The notes under the pieces were generated by a model that had not been told where the DNA came from, made no database searches, and saw only the letters and a list, made by a program, of their open reading frames with translations. Positions 1 to 12,196 of a stretch of 64,000 nt of DNA are shown here, piece after piece. The first letter of the stretch is position 1; every line of letters starts with the position of its first letter. The stretch is from assembly GCA_032718475.1 (NCBI GenBank), contig JAUCBJ010001346.1, forward strand, positions 16,475-80,474. The letters are read 5' to 3'. This DNA comes from Nemertoderma westbladi (lineage: Eukaryota > Animalia > Xenacoelomorpha). Both the position numbers and the translations under genes were made by a program.

Positions 1-3000
1 CCTACTCTCTCACGTACAACTCTTTACTGGATGTCCATTTCCCTACTGTCTCACATACAACTCTTTACTGGATGTCCCTTTCCCTACTGTGTCGCTTACA
101 ACTCTTTACTGGATGTCCCTTTCCCTACTCTCTCACATACAATTCTTTACTGGATGTCCCATTCCCTACTGTCTCACATACAACTCTTTACTGGATGTCC
201 CTTTCCCTACTCTCTCACGTACAACTCTTTACTGGATGTCCCTTTCCCTACTCTCTCACGTACAACTCTTTACCGGATGTCCCTTTTCCTACTGTCTCAC
301 ATACAACTCTTTACTGGATGTTCCTTTCCCTACTGTATCGCTTACAACTCTTTACTGGATGTCCCTTTCCCTACTCTCTCACGTACAACTCTTTACCGGA
401 TGTCCCTTTCCCTACTGTCTCACATACAACTCTTTACTGGATGTCCCTTTCCCTACTCTCTCACGTACAACTCTTTACCGGATGTCCCTTTTCCTACTGT
501 CTCACATACAACTCTTTACTGGATGTCCCTTTTCCTACTGTCTCACATACAACTCTTTACTGGATGTCCCTTTCCCTACTCTCTCACGTACAACTCTTTA
601 CCAGATGTTCCTTTCCCTACTCTCTCACGTACAACTCTTTACCGGATGTCCCTTTCCATACTGTCTCACATACAACTCTTTACTGGATGTCCCTTTCCCT
701 ACTGTGTCGCTTACAACTCTTTACTGGATGTCCCTTTCCCTAGTGTCTCACGTACAACTCTTAACCAGAAGTCCATTTCCCTACTGTCTCGCGTACAACT
801 CTTTACCGGATGTCCCTTTCCATACTGTCTCATGTACAACTCGTTACCAGATGTTCCTTTCCCTACTGTATCGCTTACAACTCTTTACTGGATGTCCCTT
901 TCCCTACTCTCTCACGTACAATTCTTTACTGGATGTCCCATTCCCTACTGTCTCACATACAACTCTTTACTGGATGTCCCTTTCCCTACTCTCTCACGTA
1001 CAACTCTTTACTGGATGTCCCTTTCCCTACTCTCTCACGTACAACTCTTTACCGGATGTCCCTTTTCCTACTGTCTCACATACAACTCTTTACTGGATGT
1101 TCCTTTCCCTACTCTCTCACGTACAACTCTTTACCGGATGTCCCTTTCCCTACTGTCTCACATACAACTCTTTACTGGATGTCCCTTTCCATACTGTCTC
1201 ACATACAACTCTTTACTGGATGTCCCTTTCCATACTGTATCGCTTACAACTCTTTACCAGATGTTCCTTTCCCTACTCTCTCACGTACAACTCTTTACTG
1301 GATGTCCCATTCCCTACTGTCTCACATACAACTCTTTACTGGATGTCCCTTTCCCTACTCTCTCACGTACAACTCTTTACTGGATGTCCCTTTCCCTACT
1401 CTCTCACGTACAACTCTTTACCGGATGTCCCTTTTCCTACTGTCTCACATACAACTCTTTACTGGATGTCCCTTTCCCTACTCTCTCACGTACAACTCTT
1501 TACCGGATGTCCCTTTCCCTACTGTCTCACATACAACTCTTTACTGGATGTCCCTTTCCATACTGTCTCACATACAACTCTTTACTGGATGTCCCTTTCC
1601 ATACTGTATCGCTTACAACTCTTTACCAGATGTTCCTTTCCCTACTCTCTCACGTACAATTCTTTACTGGATGTCCCTTTCCCTACTGTATCGCTTACAA
1701 CTCTTTACCAGATGTTCCTTTCCCTACTCTCTCACGTACAACTCTTTACTGGATGTCCCTTTCCCTACTCTCTCACGTACAACTCTTTACCGGATGTCCC
1801 TTTCCATACTGTCTCGTGTACAACTCTTTACTGGATGTCCCTTTCCCTACTGTATCGCTTACAACTCTTTACTGGATGTCCCTTTCCATACTGTATCGCT
1901 TACAACTCTTTACCAGATGTTCCTTTCCCTACTCTCTCACGTACAACTCTTTACCGGATGTCCCTTTCCATACTGTCTCATGTACAACTCTTTACTGGAT
2001 GTCCCTTTCCATACTGTATCGCTTACAACTCTTTACCAGATGTTCCTTTCCCTACTCTCTCACGTACAACTCTTTACCGGATGTCCCTTTCCATACTGTC
2101 TCATGTACAACTCTTTACTGGATGTCCCTTTCCATACTGTATCGCTTACAACTCTTTACCAGATGTTCCTTTCCCTACTCTCTCACGTACAATTCTTTAC
2201 TGGATGTCCCTTTCCCTACTGTATCGCTTACAACTCTTTACCGGATGTCCCTTTCCCTACTGTATCGCTTACAACTCTTTACTGGATGTCCCTTTCCCTA
2301 CTCTCTCACGTACAATTCTTTACTGGATGTCCCTTTCCCTACTCTCTCACGTACAACTCTTTACTGGATGTCCCTTTCCCTACTCTCTCACGTACAACTC
2401 TTTACCGGATGTCCCTTTCCATACTGTCTCGTGTACAACTCTTTACTGGATGTCCCTTTCCCTACTGTATCGCTTACAACTCTTTACTGGATGTCCCTTT
2501 CCCTACTCTCTCACGTACAATTCTTTACTGGATGTCCCATTCCCTACTGTCTCACATACAACTCTTTACTGGATGTCCCTTTCCATACTGTCTCACATAC
2601 AACTCTTTACCAGATGTTCCTTTCCCTACTGTATCGCTTACAACTCTTTACTGGATGTCCCTTTCCCTACTCTCTCACGTACAATTCTTTACTGGATGTC
2701 CCATTCCCTACTGTCTCACATACAACTCTTTACTGGATGTCCCTTTCCCTACTGTATCGCTTACAACTCTTTACTGGATGTCCCTTTCCCTACTCTCTCA
2801 CGTACAATTCTTTACTGGATGTCCTTTTCCCAACTGTCCCATGTACAACTCTTTACTGGATGTCCCTTTCCCTACTGTATCGCTTACAACTCTTTACTGG
2901 ATGTCCCTTTCCCTACTCTCTCATGTACAATTCTTTACTGGATGTCCCATTCCCTACTGTCTCACATACAACTCTTTACCGGATGTCCCTTTCCCTACTC

Positions 3001-6000
3001 TCTCACGTACAATTCTTTACTGGATGTCCCATTCCCTACTGTCTCACATACAACTCTTTACCAGATGTCCCTTTCCCTACTGTATCGCTTACAACTCTTT
3101 ACTGGATGTCCCTTTCCCTACTCTCTCACGTACAATTCTTTACTGGATGTCCCATTCCCTACTGTCTCACATACAACTCTTTACCAGATGTTCCTTTCCC
3201 TACTGTATCGCTTACAACTCTTTACTGGATGTCCCATTCCCTACTGTCTCACATACAACTCTTTACCAGATGTCCCTTTCCCTACTGTATCGCTTACAAC
3301 TCTTTACTGGATGTCCCTTTCCCTACTCTCTCACGTACAATTCTTTACTGGATGTCCTTTTCCCAACTGTCCCATGTACAACTCTTTACTGGATGTCCCT
3401 TTCCCTACTGTATCGCTTACAACTCTTTACCGGATGTCCCTTTCCATACTGTCTCATGTACAACTCTTTACTGGATGTCCCTTTCCCTACTCTCTCATGT
3501 ACAATTCTTTACTGGATGTCCCATTCCCTACTGTCTCACATACAACTCTTTACCGGATGTCCCTTTCCATACTGTATCGCTTACAACTCTTTACTGGATG
3601 TCCCTTTCCATACTGTCTCATGTACAACTCTTTACTGGATGTCCCTTTCCCTACTCTCTCATGTACAATTCTTTACTGGATGTCCCATTCCCTACTGTCT
3701 CACATACAACTCTTTACCGGATGTCCCTTTCCCTACTCTCTCACGTACAACTCTTTACTGGATGTCCTTTTCCCAACTGTCCCATGTACAACTCTTTACT
3801 GGATGTCCCTTTCCCTACTGTATCGCTTACAACTCTTTACTGGATGTCCCTTTCCCTACTCTCTCACATACAACTCTTTACCGGATGTCCCTTTCCCTAC
3901 TGTATCGCTTACAACTCTTTACCAGATGTTCCTTTCCCTACTGTATCGCTTACAACTCTTTACTGGATGTCCCTTTCCCTACTCTCTCACATACAATTCT
4001 TTACTGGATGTCCTTTTCCCAACTGTCCCATGTACAACTCTTTACTGGATGTCCCTTTCCCTACTCTCTCACGTACAATTCTTTACTGGATGTCCTTTTC
4101 CCAACTGTCCCATGTACAACTCTTTACTGGATGTCCCTTTCCCTACTCTCTCACGTACAATTCTTTACTGGATGTCCTTTTCCCAACTGTCCCATGTACA
4201 ACTCTTTACTGGATGTCCCTTTCCCTACTCTCTCACGTACAATTCTTTACTGGATGTCCTTTTCCCAACTGTCCCATGTACAACTCTTTACTGGATGTCC
4301 CTTTCCCTACTCTCTCACGTACAATTCTTTACTGGATGTCCTTTTCCCAACTGTCCCATGTACAACTCTTTACTGGATGTCCCTTTCCCTACTGTATCGC
4401 TTACAACTCTTTACTGGATGTCCCTTTCCCTACTCTCTCACGTACAATTCTTTACTGGATGTCCCATTCCCTACTGTCTCACATACAACTCTTTACCGGA
4501 TGTCCTTTTCCCAACTGTCCCATGTACAACTCTTTACCAGATGTTCCTTTCCCTACTGTATCGCTTACAACTCTTTACTGGATGTCCCTTTCCCTACTCT
4601 CTCACGTACAATTCTTTACTGGATGTCCCATTCCCTACTGTCTCACATACAACTCTTTACCGGATGTCCTTTTCCCAACTGTCCCATGTACAACTCTTTA
4701 CCAGATGTTCCTTTCCCTACTGTATCGCTTACAACTCTTTACTGGATGTCCCTTTCCCTACTCTCTCACGTACAATTCTTTACTGGATGTCCCATTCCCT
4801 ACTGTCTCACATACAACTCTTTACCGGATGTCCCTTTCCATACTGTCTCATGTACAACTCTTTACCAGATGTTCCTTTCCCTACTGTATCGCTTACAACT
4901 CTTTACTGGATGTCCCTTTCCCTACTCTCTCACGTACAATTCTTTACTGGATGTCCCATTCCCTACTGTCTCACATACAACTCTTTACCGGATGTCCCTT
5001 TCCATACTGTCTCATGTACAACTCGTTACCAGATGTTCCTTTCCCTACTGTATCGCTTACAACTCTTTACTGGATGTCCCTTTCCCTACTCTCTCACGTA
5101 CAATTCTTTACTGGATGTCCTTTTCCCAACTGTCCCATGTACAACTCTTTACTGGATGTCCCTTTCCATACTGTCTCACGTACAACTCTTTACCGGATGT
5201 CCCTTTCCATACTGTCTCGTGTACAACTCTTTACTGGATGTCCCTTTCCATACTGTCTCGTGTACAACTCTTTACTGGATGTCCCTTTCCCTACTGTATC
5301 GCTTACAACTCATTACTGGATGTCCCTTTCCATACTGTCTCATGTACAACTCTTTACTGGATGTCCCTTTCCCTACTGTGTCGCTTACAACTCTTTACTG
5401 GATTCCCTTTCCCTAGTGTCTCGCATACAACTCTTTACCAGAAGTCCATTTCCCTACTGTCTCGCGTACAACTCTTTACCAGATGTCCCTTTCCATACTG
5501 TCTCATGTACAACTCTTTACCAGATGTTCCTTTCCCTATTGTATCACATCAATGTTTCGCCTAACTCCTTACTGGATGTCCCTTTCCCTATTGTCTCATG
5601 TACAACTCTTTACCAGATGTCCCTTTCCCTACTGTATATCGTACAATTCTTTACCGGATGTCCCTTTCCCTACTGTCTCACGTACAACTCTTTACCAGAT
5701 GTCCCTTTCCCTACTGGCTTGCGTACAACTCTTTACCAGATGTCCTTTTCCCAACTGTCTCGTGTATAACTCTTTAATGGATGTCCCTTTCCCTACTGTC
5801 TCGCGTACAATTCTTTACCAGAAGTCCATTTCCCTATTGTCTCGCGTACAACTCTTTACCAGATGTCCCTTTCCATACTGTCTCATGTACAATTTGCACC
5901 TAACCCTTTACTGGATGTCCCTTCCCCTACTGTCTCGTGCACAACTCTTTACCAGATGTTCATTTCCCTATTGTCTCACATCAATGTTTCGCCTAACTCT

Positions 6001-6724
6001 TTAATGGATGTCCCTTTCCCTACTGTCTCGTGTACAAATCTTTACCAGATGTCCATTTCCTACTGTCTTGCGTACAACTCTTTACTGGATGTCCCTTTCC
6101 CTACTGTTTCACGTACAGCTCTTTACTGGATGGCCCTTTCCCTACCCTCTCGCATACAACTCTTTACCAGATGTCCAGTTCCCTACCGTCTTGTGTAACA
6201 TTTTGCGCCTAACTCTTTAATGGATGTCCCTTTCCCTACTGTCTCGTGTACAACTCTTTACCAGATGTCCCTTTCCCTACTGTCTCGTGTACAACTCTTT
6301 ACCAGATGTCCCTTTCCCTACTGTATCGCTTACAACTCTTTACCGGGTGTCCCTTTCCCTACTTCTGTCTTTCGTACAACTCTTTACTGGATGTCCCTTT
6401 CCCTACTGTCTCACATAAAACTCTTTACCAGATGTTCCTTTCCTTATTGTCTCACGTACATTTTGTGCCTAACTAATTTCATGGATGTCCCTTTCCCTAC
6501 TGTCTCGTGTACAACTCCTTACTGGATGTCCCTTTCCCAACTGTCTTGCTTACAACTCTTTAATGGGTGTCCCTTTCCCTACTGTCTCGCATACAACTCT
6601 TTACCAGATTTCGCTTTCCCTAATGTCTTGCTTACAACTCTTAACCAGATGGCCCTTTCCCTAACTGTCTCCCTTACAACTATTTACCATATGTCCCTTT
6701 CCCTACTCTCTTGCGTACAACTTA
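1..6724. repeat. 40-bp tandem satellite (~168 units; consensus TACAACTCTTTACTGGATGTCCCTTTCCCTACTSTMTCRC-like) filling flotillin-2 intron 3; continues off-window
   Basis: 40-nt periodicity with about five variant unit types. Homogeneous from 1 to ~5400, progressively degenerate from 5400 to 6724. Confidence 0.99.
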
Positions 6725-6726
6725 AC

Positions 6727-7038
6727 CTCAGCATCGAATTCTGCTCTCCTCATATCGAACCCACGTTTGCAATCAGCGATCGCTGTATCGCTCTGGAATC
6801 TCGCGTCCAGTCGTTCTCTATCGCACTTGGATTCGTGTATGCCGGAGTCGCGCTCAGCCTGTGCCACTGCTATCACCGCATTGCGTTTAACGTTAGCTGT
6901 CTGTGCGCGGCCCAATGAATCGAGGTATTTAACCTCATCGAAAACATCGAGAATAGTGAAGGATAGTATTTCGATGCCCATCTTGGCGACGTCTGGGGAA
7001 GCGACTTCACGGACGAGCCTAGCGAACTGATCTCGGTC
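6727..7038 (-). CDS. FLOT2: Flotillin-2 coding exon 3 (104 codons, DRDQFARLVREVASPDVAKMGIEILSFTI...RAEFDAE)
   Basis: Matches flotillin-2 DRDQFAKLVREVAAPDVGRMGIEILSFTIKDV...AEAERDAGI. Acceptor cttcctAG|GAC at 7039/7038, donor GAG|GTTAAG at 6727/6726, phase 0. Confidence 0.93.
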
Positions 7039-7598
7039 CTAGGAAGGGATGTAGGCTTAATTAATATCAACTTACTTTTAATTATCACTTCAGCGTTCTG
7101 GCTGTTACAAAAAGCTTTATAAAGAGAGTTTTATAAAGAGCTACTTTATCAAAAATTATGTTTGTAATTTTCCTTACTTAAAGTACAATTACATTAACTT
7201 CTTGCGCAGTACTTAAAAAGGTTGGCCCAGGTAAAATATAACATTATATGTTATACTAGAATTTCGTTTATTTTTTTTTTTTCATAAAAAGAAACAGCTG
7301 TCAACAGTCAGAAACAGGCTTCACCTTCGTTTTCTTTATTAGTATTTATATACTGAGTGGTTGAGATGGCGGGTGGGCGCTTGGGTTTGGCAGGCAGCCG
7401 AGAGCGTCTGGGTTGGTGTGTGGGAGAAAAATGTCCTAACATATTAATTGAAGATAAATTATATTTTAGACTTACTGTATAGTAGATCTCGATATTGTTT
7501 TTACTCATTATGATTTACATTACTGTAGGCCTATTTTCCGCAGGAATAAATATATATACTTACAGATTTCGCTTTAAATAAATATTTACTGAACCCAC

Positions 7599-7745
7599 CT
7601 GGAACACAGCTTCAACTGTTAGTGTTCCTAGGATAGACCTTAAGTGGCCTTCTAGGGTCTGCATTATAAGATAACCGATCTGTCTTACAGTTTTCCCTAA
7701 CAGCTGTTCGCAAGCCATCACAAGTAAATCATGATCGGACATAAC
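7599..7745 (-). CDS. FLOT2: Flotillin-2 coding exon 2 (49 codons, VMSDHDLLVMACEQLLGK...QTLEGHLRSILGTLTVEAVFQ)
   Basis: SPFH motif QTLEGHLRSILGTLTVE. Acceptor ttttctctAG, donor CAG|GTGGGT, phase 0. Confidence 0.95.
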
Positions 7746-8284
7746 CTAGAGAAAACCCAATAACAAGATATCAATCAATCAATAATTTATATTGAATAAT
7801 AATGATAAGAGGGGAGACTTGACGCAAATCCTATCTCGGCGAATTAATATTTCGTTTCCAAGTTAAATTATCAATGGAGGGAAAGGATTAGCGCAGGTTA
7901 CAGTTTGCAAGTTAATCTAACCAAAACAATACACTATAGTAAAGTCAATAAAGCAGGTTACAATTTTATTTTGTGATAGTACTGATGATAGTATTTATGA
8001 GCTGTTATTTGCGTCGATGTTTCGCTGAAGAAGGATGGATCCGTAATTTTAGGATTTTTCCCTTATCTGTGAATAATACCGGGATATAAATGTTGAAGTT
8101 GTCACAAAAGTGTACAGTATATCCCGTTAATTTGATTACATTTGCGCGAAAGTTAACCTTGACAGAGTGCCATTTGGTAGAATTCACAAGCCGAAATGGG
8201 AAAATACAGAATAATTAATATATATATACAGTATATATATATATATATATATATAGGCCTATATGACTTACACTTTTACTACAG

Positions 8285-8500
8285 GTCTAGACCTACATTA
8301 GTTAATGTAGTTAGTAGCCCCTAATGTAATCCTTGGAGTTAGTAGAACCTCACTAAAGTCACTAACCTGACTTTATCTACTATTGCTATATAGAGCCCAA
8401 TTTTGTATTAAAAGTAACCCCACCACTGACCTAATCTGTGTTTTAGAACCCCTCTAACCTAATCTTTGTGTTAGAACACCTCCAAATATAATCCTTGTTA
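8285..8500. repeat. Degenerate ~29-bp tandem repeat, distal part of the intron-1 array
   Basis: Recurrent ctaacctaatc(t)ttgtgttagaacccc-like units, same family as 11240-11962. Confidence 0.6.
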
Positions 8501-9108
8501 TACAGTTGAACCCCCCTAAATTAGTCGATTTTTCGCGCCTCCGTAGGCAAACATAAAAAATACACTCCGAAGGGATTCTAATTTAAAAATGCAATAATCA
8601 CTACACAATTATTTCCTTTTCCCCCTTTCCCACCGTAATATTTATCTCCAAATAAATCCAATATTCCGATGTATTTCCATCCCAGACATCCTTAGCCGGC
8701 CTCAGCCACCATCTCTAACCAATATTACCGGCTACTCCCCCATGAATCATTCCAATCCAATAAAGGAGGCAACCATTCAACCTCCCTCCCTTCTCTCATT
8801 GGCCCTCAACACACCAACCCCATCCAACTATCACCCTCACCCAGTTGTTATCAAAGGAATAATTGGTCACCTTCAAAACTCTATTGCCGTTCCTTAATAA
8901 TTGGTTATTGGTCAGTCAATCATACAACGTGTTAATTATATTTTACATGGGTTGAACGTAAAATCTCTGCACTAGAAAGACAAACTGTGTTTAGGTGATA
9001 ATTATGGGTCAACTTCATATCGACCCCACACTGGGTTTAAAATTTGGGTGGAAATGTCAGTCCCAACAACCAGCCTTACAGTTGGCCGCCTCGGCAGCTA
9101 AACTGGGC

Positions 9109-9350
9109 TCTGCTCCAAGGTAGAGGGCGTCTTTGTTCCCTGACCGGGCTCTAACACGGCTTCATGGTCGCTGGGAAGGTAAGACGATTCCGCCTAAAGG
9201 ACTGAGTCTTGGATGACTAGCCTTAAAGTGAGGTCTGCTCCAAGGTAGAGGGCGTCTTTGTTCCTGGGCCAGGCCCTAACATGGCTTCGCGGTCGCTAGT
9301 AAGGTAAGGCGATTCCGCCTAAAGGACTGAGTTTCACTGGCTAACTAGCC
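9109..9350. repeat. Two diverged tandem copies of a 125-bp GC-rich unit
   Basis: tctgctccaaggtagagggcgtctttgttcc...gattccgcctaaaggactgagt at 9109 and 9234. Confidence 0.85.
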
Positions 9351-9912
9351 CAAGAGCGCTCGCGCACTCTGTCCACTGGCTACTTTAGTTCGCCCCAGGA
9401 ACAACTATTTCGTTTTGGGGCAAAGTAACAGCTAACCGTTTGCGTCCAATCGGCCCCACCCCTGTTTGGACTCAGACGGTAACCTGGTGTTCTGCAATAT
9501 CACCAAGTTCCAATAGCGTGAAGCACCAAGATTATTATGACGTTTTGCATAACCTGTGACTTTTTTTCCATAACTCTGACTTTTATTCATATATATTTTA
9601 TCAGTGTATTTTTAGCATAAGGAAACGACTAAAAATACTGTATTTTCTGTATATTTTGGATTATTTTAAGGCTATACTTTGGATCCTAACGGACCCAAAG
9701 CACCCCTCACCCGGTTTCTCCTTTTTCCTCATCCCAGAGGTTTTTCTATGGTGTTACAGTACAGTATTTTTATATGCCAGAAGGGAGCAATATACATTTG
9801 GGAAGAACAGAAATCACTGTGTTTTTGCACTATATTGAAAGGTTGTGGATGTCCATAAATAACAAGTCATTGAAGGACCGTGTTCTAGTGGGAAATATTT
9901 TATGTCAGCCAG

Positions 9913-11132
9913 TGTAAAAGCTTTTGCGGAATTGCCCGGTTATTTTTCCTTATTTTTCCCGTAAAATACTCTGTAGTTGGTTTAGTAGGCGTAAGAGGCC
10001 GTATTATTGCTGTATCGGTGTTTTTTAGAGGACCTAAGAGCTATTTCTTCCGTATGTGTACTTTGGGGGACATGGTTGGTGATTCTATGGCAATTCTATG
10101 ACGCAAAATAGCTAGATCCTCTTGAAACAGTAGTTACTATGACGACGGTTAACAGCTGAGCTGTATACGTGTCGATTTTCTTTGTTCTACGGTGCCTCTC
10201 AGTTCAGTCAACCAATCAGAGCGTTTTTACTGTTCTTGTACAGAAATTTCCTAGAAATCACGCAATGCTTTATGGGCAGTGTTATCATTCAGTCCTGAGC
10301 CAAGAAAGAACGGCTTTTGGAATATTTGTGCTTTTCTGCTTTTAGCCTAACACTAGTAGGCTTAATTATAAGGACATATATCCGTTATCACTGGGTAACT
10401 CAATGGTTAACAACTTACTCAATGCTTGGCTGATCTTGTCGTGCATACTTTTATAACGTTATACTGCTATTTACTGTCGGTTATTCATTATATGGTTGAT
10501 GAAATATTATATTTGGAATAACGAGAAATAACCCCGAAAACCCAATATTCTTGATATACCGAAGGTAAGAGAGACAGGTTACATATAACGATTGTGACTT
10601 ATGTTAAAGTGGTTTGAAGTGAATCTAATGTTATCTGATAGACCCTACATGAGTCGGTCTGTGTTCCTTTTATATGTGACTAAAATCAGTGAAGATCGGC
10701 AGATCAGTGTGCAGTATTGTGCAGCATTGTGTATGAGTGAGACTGATAACGAAGCATTTCCTAAAGAATGCGCCATACTGTATATGTGAATTGTAACTAA
10801 GCCATATCGTTGCATGTAGTTTAAGTCATAGCTCTGTTTATATAGATAGAGCGCCACGTCCAAAAGGAACTGTTAATATTCCCCGAAGGTGAATAATATT
10901 GTCAGAGATTATATAATACTGTCAGTCGAATAATACATTAGGCTTACATAGCAATAAGATTAAGCCGTCGAAGTCAATCTCCCAGGTATATCCAGCGGGT
11001 GAATGATCGCGCACAGATTGGTTTCAACTAGTGTAGTGAATCAAATACTTGTCAGAGGCTAAAAGCGATTTATTATCTAGAAGACATCCTAATTTGGCGG
11101 GTTAAACTGCCAAAGGTCTGAAAGCGCGAACA
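9913..11132 (+). mobile_element. BEL/Pao solo LTR (1220 bp) in flotillin intron 1, antisense to the gene
   Basis: TGTAAAAG...GAACA termini, 5-bp TSD GCCAG (9908-9912 and 11133-11137), colinear similarity to the LTRs at 34987 and 63466. Confidence 0.9.
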
Positions 11133-11239
11133 GCCAGAAACCAAAACAATAAGGAAAGATATAGCACTTCCTGAACTTTTAGAGATTGAAGCCGTTTTAG
11201 TAGCTTATCGTGCCAAGAAGCACGAGAAATGCATTACAG

Positions 11240-11962
11240 TTAGTCTTTGCGTTGACGGTCAACGCAAATCCTATCTAATGCAAATGCTATCCTTCCACGA
11301 TAGGACACCACTAACATCATCTTTGCGTTAAAATCCCATTAACTTAAGCGTTGTGTTAGGACCCCATCAAACTAAGCTTTGTGTTAGGACCGCACCCACG
11401 AAAGGTCCCACCTCGGTGTAGTGGTTGCATTGAATTCACATCTTTCATAGGTCGTGGGTTCGATCCTCACATGGGCTAGGGCAGTTTTCGTTTCTGCACG
11501 AATGCTTTGAAGGGAACAGCCACGGCGCATCTCAGCCTTAGCCTTGCATCTAAGTGGTATCTAAATGAGTAATGAAGTTTCCTCTGGGGAGTATAGTTCT
11601 GGAGGGACCACACTGGCAATAAGTCGTCCGACTTTGTGCGTAATCCCTGGCCTAACTGCCAAAGAAAGTTTACATTTTTTTAAAGACCAACTAAGCATTA
11701 CATGTACTGTACGTTAGGCCCCACTGACCCAATATTTGCGTTAGGACCCCATTCACACGAAATTTGCGTTAGGACCCCACTAACTGACTAACCCAATCTT
11801 TGCGTTATCACACTAACTGACTAGGCCTAACTTAATCTTAGGCCTATAGTTAGAACCTCAACAACCTAATATTTGCATTATGAACTCGACTAACCAAATT
11901 GCGGCATAATGACCCCTCTAACCTAAACTTTTGAGTTAGATCCCCATTAGGTCTAACCTAAC
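11240..11962. repeat. Degenerate ~28-30-bp tandem repeat starting at the intron-1 donor, interrupted by a SINE
   Basis: Minus-strand consensus is approximately GTTAGTGGGGTCCTAACGCAAAGATTAG. Confidence 0.7.
11407..11680 (+). mobile_element. tRNA-derived SINE
   Basis: Pol III A-box-like GGTGTAGTGG (11415) and B box GGTTCGATCC (11457), followed by a non-tRNA body. Confidence 0.65.
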
Positions 11963-12196
11963 CTTGCATTGCGCAATCCCTGTTACAGTTAACGGAACCC
12001 CTTCTGCCGTCTCCACCACCTCGCATTTAGGGGTTAACGACATAATAGATAACGATATTCGCTGGACATCGGAAACAAACCACCAGGCCCACGCGTACCC
12101 ACCAGAAATGTAGCGTTTCTTGTTTGAACTACAGATCCCACAACCTCCAGACACAACTAAAGCCTCATTGGGGCCGGCTGTGTGGACATTACCCAT
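11963..12196 (-). CDS. FLOT2: Flotillin-2 coding exon 1 (78 codons, MGNVHTAGPNEALVVSGG...VETAEGVPLTVTGIAQCK)
   Basis: N-terminus matches flotillin-2 MGNCHTVGPNEALVVSGG, including Gly2. Donor AAG|GTTAGG, phase 0, in frame with exon 2. Confidence 0.95.

Noticed and set aside
31-5769. Giant ORFs (1912, 1775 and 1584 aa) in all three plus-strand frames
   Set aside because: Artefact of a stop-free 40-bp unit cycling through frames. All three give the same periodic peptide, antisense within a flotillin intron.
1-6724. CRISPR-like array (constant part plus variable part)
   Set aside because: The variable positions are a few recurring point variants, not unique spacers. The context is eukaryotic with no cas genes.
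11407-11480. tRNA gene
   Set aside because: A and B boxes are present but there is no convincing cloverleaf, and the sequence continues into a SINE-like body.
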